From a virus: 64,000 bases of DNA. The position numbers and the translations under genes were made by a program. This document shows, piece by piece, positions 59,450-64,000 of the stretch. The first letter of the stretch is position 1. Every line of letters starts with the position of its first letter. The stretch is taken from IMG/VR virus record IMGVR_UViG_3300017917_003388, positions 32,001 through 96,000 of that record; one strand, given 5' to 3'. The notes under the pieces were generated by a model. That model was not told the origin of the DNA. It ran no database searches and saw only the letters and a program-made list of their open reading frames with translations.

Positions 59450-61549
59450 TTAAACTGGAAATGTTGCACCTGTTGGTGTAATATTAAAATCTAAATAAAC
59501 GAATTCAGCTGTTTTAGTAGGTTGTAAATATATTTGACCTACTAATTCTTGTCTATCTATTAAATCAGGAGTATTATTTGTATCATTCATTATTACTTTA
59601 AAAGCATATAATCCTTGACGTTGTTGAATACTAGTTAAATACGGATTTACTTGACTTAAGAAACTATTTCTTGTAGCTGTTGTATTTTGTTCAAATGTCA
59701 AATTAAGAGCAATTTGAGAAATATATGATTTAAGATCAATTAATAAACGACGAACATTTACTCTATCTAAAGCAGATGCTTTCAATTGTAGTGTTTTCTG
59801 ACCATAAACTACTATACCAGTTCCTGGAAATGTTGCTATTGGGTTTACTTTAGCAGAATATAGATCATTACGATTACCTTGGGATAATTTTTTTTCTGCT
59901 CTAATTACACCTGATAAACCACCTCTATTAATACCAGCAGGAGCAAACCAAGGTTCAGCTACATTATCGTTATATGCATAAACTCCACCAATCATTGTTG
60001 AAGCTGGAACCCAAACATATTCTCCAGTTGATGGTTCAACTACTTGTAACCAAGGCCAGTACATAGCAGCATATGATGTATCTTTTGTCCCAGCCTCAGT
60101 ACTTACTTGAGATATATTTGAATTAAATGCAACTGGATCAGGAATATATATAAAATCTCCTCTATCTTGAGCTACAGTAACTAAACTATTTATAGGACTA
60201 GAATAATCAGTATTATATAAACCTGGTGTTAATAATACTTTAAATTTATAATCATCAGTATTTGACAATAAATTAATCATATTAGTATAATCAGATCCTA
60301 CTAATCCCTGAGTATTTGTTGAGTTAATGTTTTGGTAAAAATTCACACCTCCTGGGATACTACCTATAGCTCCACCAAATGTTCCAGATGCATTTACTGG
60401 AATTGAAGCTGTGTATTGAGGTTTAAAATTTCCTGCATTATCAAAGAAGTTAGGTGTAGTATAATTAACTTGTTTAATTCTAACATAATTCGAACGATTA
60501 GGGAAAGAACCAGTATATATTAGTTGATTATTTAATGAATCATATTGTTCTTTAAAATCACCTATTACTCTAGAAATATAATTAGGACTATTAGGGTCTA
60601 ATGTTAAATTAGTCCATGTTTCTAATACAACGGGTTGGTTTGTATTATCATTTCCTCTTCTAATTAACAAATCAAATGTTCCTGATGATGATCTAGCATT
60701 TATTATTTGCCATCTCAAATTATCAGCTGAACCACTTGCTAAGCTTCCTCCTGCAGATTCAACACTTGTGCTGTTCATAATTATACCTTCAGAAAATGTT
60801 TCTAAAACAAATGCTTCTGAACCTATATTTGATGTTGCTCCACCAAAAGTAGCAACTAAAGTTCCACTATCTCCTACATAATCTATAGTATTAAGAGTAG
60901 CACCATTCACTGTTAAATCTCCAGCTGAACCAGATAATATTAATTTACTACCGCTATAACTAGCACTTACATATTGAGATAATTCAGACCAACCATTAAT
61001 AGCTTGAGAAGCTGATGCTACCCAATTTGAACCAGTATTAAAATATCCATAATCAAAAGCATCAGCATAAAATGTGGTCCCACCATATCCATTTAAGTAC
61101 CATGTATTGGTTCCAATGGTAAGAGAGAATCCTTTAAATGCTGAGCCCGTATCTGAAGCTGTGAAAGTATATGAAGCTGTAGCTGGATTCCCATTTATTG
61201 AAGATATATCATTATTTATAGCTGAACTAGATGCTGGACTATACGATGTTCCTGAACCTGAGACTACTCGAGTTACTAGTAAAGATTTACCTCCATTTGA
61301 AAAATAATTAAAAGCAGCTATAGATGTAAAATATGTATAATTTTTTTTATCGTTTGTGCTTCCACTTTCCAATGTTGTACCAAATATATTTTGGTATTGA
61401 TTCCATGTTGTTACTATTGTTGGAATTTCAACTGGACCCTTAACTGTGGGACCTATAATTGCAGTTCCAACAACAACTGGTCTTTTTTGAACAAAAGATG
61501 AATCATTTTCTCTTGCTAAGACTCCTGGTGAAATAAGTACTTCTGCCAT
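59450..61549 (-). CDS. Tail sheath protein
   Basis: SPGV, WFAPAG.NRG, YGQKT...RVNVRRL. Confidence 0.95.
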   Translation of the reverse strand: MAEVLISPGVLARENDSSFVQKRPVVVGTAIIGPTVKGPVEIPTIVTTWNQYQNIFGTTLESGSTNDKKNYTYFTSIAAFNYFSNGGKSLLVTRVVSGSGTSYSPASSSAINNDISSINGNPATASYTFTASDTGSAFKGFSLTIGTNTWYLNGYGGTTFYADAFDYGYFNTGSNWVASASQAINGWSELSQYVSASYSGSKLILSGSAGDLTVNGATLNTIDYVGDSGTLVATFGGATSNIGSEAFVLETFSEGIIMNSTSVESAGGSLASGSADNLRWQIINARSSSGTFDLLIRRGNDNTNQPVVLETWTNLTLDPNSPNYISRVIGDFKEQYDSLNNQLIYTGSFPNRSNYVRIKQVNYTTPNFFDNAGNFKPQYTASIPVNASGTFGGAIGSIPGGVNFYQNINSTNTQGLVGSDYTNMINLLSNTDDYKFKVLLTPGLYNTDYSSPINSLVTVAQDRGDFIYIPDPVAFNSNISQVSTEAGTKDTSYAAMYWPWLQVVEPSTGEYVWVPASTMIGGVYAYNDNVAEPWFAPAGINRGGLSGVIRAEKKLSQGNRNDLYSAKVNPIATFPGTGIVVYGQKTLQLKASALDRVNVRRLLIDLKSYISQIALNLTFEQNTTATRNSFLSQVNPYLTSIQQRQGLYAFKVIMNDTNNTPDLIDRQELVGQIYLQPTKTAEFVYLDFNITPTGATFPV

Positions 61550-61605
61550 ATTTATTTTTTATAATTGATTAATTTTATTATAAATATGAAAGAATTATTC
61601 AAAAT

Positions 61606-61857
61606 TTATTGCTTAATGAATTCTCCCTTTTCGATATTTATGGTTCCATCTCCATATTTTTGTTGAAGTTGAGAAGCTACATTATTTTCATATGTATTGA
61701 ATTCATCTAATTTAGATATTAAATAATTTTTTTGCTTATTTAATTCTTGAAGTTTAAATTCTATTATACCAAATTGTTCAATTAATTGTAATCTGGTTTC
61801 TTGAATTGTTTTTAATGATGATATTTCATCTTCAGTTAAAGAAATAACTTGTTGCAT
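61606..61857 (-). CDS. Hypothetical coiled-coil protein
   Basis: ORF track; KYGDGTINIEKGEF. Confidence 0.65.
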   Translation of the reverse strand: MQQVISLTEDEISSLKTIQETRLQLIEQFGIIEFKLQELNKQKNYLISKLDEFNTYENNVASQLQQKYGDGTINIEKGEFIKQ

Positions 61858-61877
61858 AATTTTATTTGTTTTATTAT

Positions 61878-62720
61878 TTATTGTTCAGATATTGATATTC
61901 TAGATATTCCTGGAATTTGGTGAGGTATTGTGATATCACGTTGGATGATATCTGGTATAATATATCCATTTAATTTTATAGAAAATGTACTACTTACTAC
62001 ACGTTCTTCATTATCTGATAATTCATTTTTTATAGCAAACGAATCTATCATTGCTCTAAATTGAAATCGAGATGGATCTCCCCAATATGAATCAGAAGCA
62101 TATTCTATTGCTTCTATTATTTTATTCATTTGATCCATATAATATGTGTTTATTGAACAACTATATGTTAATGTTATGTAATCAGGGATAACAACTATGT
62201 AATTTTGAAATTGAGGTTTTATATTGTTAAGCACATCAAAATTATCATATGTATTTTTTATACTATATTTTTGTTGATATAAAGCTATATTATTTGGATT
62301 ATTTGCATCTAATTTATTAGCTATAGTTCTTACTTTTTCTATATTATCTCTTTTAAACATAATGATCGGCATCATTATTCTTCCTTGAGCATCTCGTATA
62401 TAACCATATTTTTGAAATGAAGCCCATTTTTCTGGGGAACCATATATTACTGGTACATTTATTATATCTCCATTTTGGTTTATAGTAGGTTTTATAACAT
62501 TAATGAAATAATACATTATTGACTCATCAATATCTTGAATTCCTATATGAAATGGTTTAGTAGAATCATTTTTTGATGAAATTTGATCTGCTCTATTATT
62601 AGTTTCTAAGTTGTTAGGATTACCAACAGGTTGAAAACCAGGTCCATTTTGATCATATGGTAATTGTCTTGATATACTTATATCTCTTTGAGATTTAGGT
62701 GTTGGTTTTTTATTAGGCAT
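61878..62720 (-). CDS. Tail terminator/sheath stabiliser (gp15-like)
   Basis: VPVIYGSPEKW; context. Confidence 0.65.
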   Translation of the reverse strand: MPNKKPTPKSQRDISISRQLPYDQNGPGFQPVGNPNNLETNNRADQISSKNDSTKPFHIGIQDIDESIMYYFINVIKPTINQNGDIINVPVIYGSPEKWASFQKYGYIRDAQGRIMMPIIMFKRDNIEKVRTIANKLDANNPNNIALYQQKYSIKNTYDNFDVLNNIKPQFQNYIVVIPDYITLTYSCSINTYYMDQMNKIIEAIEYASDSYWGDPSRFQFRAMIDSFAIKNELSDNEERVVSSTFSIKLNGYIIPDIIQRDITIPHQIPGISRISISEQ

Positions 62721-62734
62721 GATTTTTGATATAA

Positions 62735-63250
62735 TTAAATAAGACGAGTAGGTTGTAAGTTAATACGATCACCAGGAACATAATGACATTCACATATTAT
62801 AGAAACATTATATCCAAACTTTTCTAATCCAGGATTAAGAGGATTTACATTATAAGGATAATCTGGGTCTTTACCAGCAAAAAATTGAGTTGAATTAGTA
62901 TTATCTACTTCCCAATATCCTTCTTGATATAATATAATATCTCCTATTTCAGGATGCAAATTAGCTTCAACTAAATCATCTCTTAAAAAAGCAAAAGTTA
63001 CAGGCCAATCAAAATTAACTCCAATATCACTAGTAGGACTAGTATTATCTCCAACTGTAATCAAAGCATTTAATATAACTGGGGGGTCAAAAGTGCGATT
63101 TTTAGATGCTTCCCCATACATATTAATTTTGGTTTCTTTTAAATTATATTTATAATATACACATTGTTGGGATATTATATTTCCCATCAATTCACGATTT
63201 AGTTTTCTTATAAAAGAAACATCTCTATTAGATCCAAATAAAGCACACAT
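62735..63250 (-). CDS. Neck/head-closure protein (gp14-like)
   Basis: NMYGE, PEIGDII; context. Confidence 0.65.
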   Translation of the reverse strand: MCALFGSNRDVSFIRKLNRELMGNIISQQCVYYKYNLKETKINMYGEASKNRTFDPPVILNALITVGDNTSPTSDIGVNFDWPVTFAFLRDDLVEANLHPEIGDIILYQEGYWEVDNTNSTQFFAGKDPDYPYNVNPLNPGLEKFGYNVSIICECHYVPGDRINLQPTRLI

Positions 63251-63253
63251 TTT

Positions 63254-64000
63254 TTATCCTATATATATTACTAGTGGAGTTTTATTTAATTCCTGCATTG
63301 ATGCATCACTTTCAGCTTTTTTTCTTTCTAATAAAGATTGACGAGATGTATCGTCTAAATATGTTCTTAATCTTTCAATTAATTTATTTTTATCATCAGT
63401 TGCTGATGTTATCAGATCATTTGAATTTAATGATATCTCTCTATTAGGAATAGGAATTGTATTTTGATATTTCCCTCGTATGTATCCTAACATTTCTTTA
63501 CATAAAGCTAAAGTATATTCAAATATCCATTGTCTTCCTATAGAATTTATTTGAGAGTATACAGGATTGGTAAAATTAACATTAGATGGATTAGTTACAG
63601 ATCCGGGAGTTTGAATTATGCTATCTCTAAATCTTTCTTCTAGTGATATATATTGAAACCATATATTGTGGTTATCTTCGGTTGGTATTGGGAATATTCT
63701 TAATTTATTATTTATTAATTCAAATGAATACCCAGATAATGCTACTTGTTCTTGCATTTCTATAGCTTGAGCTGTTTGCATTATTAAACTAGTTGGGTAC
63801 ATTAAAAAACCAGACGCACCAAATAAGCCATATGTTCCTACAGATGGTACCCCACCTAATCCAGAAAACATATTAACATTATATACTTGATTAACAGCAG
63901 GTACGGGTTCATAAAATACTCTTTTAATTTCTATACCCCCTGTTATATTATTATCTAAAGCCCATTGGTTTAAATCATAATCTTGAATAGAAGCTGTAGT
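63254..64000 (-). CDS. Neck/adaptor protein (gp13-like), 5' end outside the window
   Basis: Frame stays open to the window edge; WIFEYTLALCKEMLG..RGKY. Confidence 0.7.
   Translation of the reverse strand, partial: TTASIQDYDLNQWALDNNITGGIEIKRVFYEPVPAVNQVYNVNMFSGLGGVPSVGTYGLFGASGFLMYPTSLIMQTAQAIEMQEQVALSGYSFELINNKLRIFPIPTEDNHNIWFQYISLEERFRDSIIQTPGSVTNPSNVNFTNPVYSQINSIGRQWIFEYTLALCKEMLGYIRGKYQNTIPIPNREISLNSNDLITSATDDKNKLIERLRTYLDDTSRQSLLERKKAESDASMQELNKTPLVIYIG

Noticed and set aside
150-61307. Numerous short plus-strand ORFs in the track, and nested minus-strand ORFs at 14657, 27338 and 48533
   Set aside because: They are shadows of well-supported genes. Only 25071-25926 is credible on the plus strand.
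54541-61587. Canonical T4 late promoters (TATAAATA) driving plus-strand transcription
   Set aside because: They would point away from the adjacent gene starts, and the motif flips with the inverted lysis operon, so it is read as ATATTTAT on the coding strand.
1-64000. Stop-codon reassignment
   Set aside because: Conserved genes are full length in code 11, and TAA, TAG and TGA all end genes. Read-through at 8541 or 50820 hits another stop within a few codons.

Overview
Very AT-rich, gene-dense segment of a large lytic myophage genome with T4-like gene content. The host is probably Bacteroidota, inferred from promoter style, a Bacteroidota-type secreted protein and Bacteroidota-style attC sites. 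Almost every gene is on the minus strand. From right to left: neck, tail and baseplate genes (64-48 kb); replication/recombination and ribonucleotide reductase (48-38 kb); a 7-deazaguanine (FolE/QueD/QueE/QueC plus a candidate transglycosylase) cluster; thyA; an inverted holin/GH19 lysin pair; PolB; sliding clamp, GroES/GroEL and clamp loader; and a glycosyltransferase/methyltransferase cluster. Eight free-standing homing endonuclease genes (HEGs) and one HEG relic are present. Most notable: (1) a three-cassette integron-like attC array at 20.9-21.7 kb with antisense ORFs and no integrase in the window; (2) HEG and accessory insertions that duplicate and recode the ends of their target genes; (3) a shared ATATTTAT promoter-like motif, with hairpins over HEG start sites; (4) a shared N-terminal MIKLxxLLxE tag on Acb1-like and ADP-ribosyltransferase-like proteins; (5) a probable programmed frameshift in the tail chaperone. 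All functional calls come from motif recognition by eye; no database searches were run.
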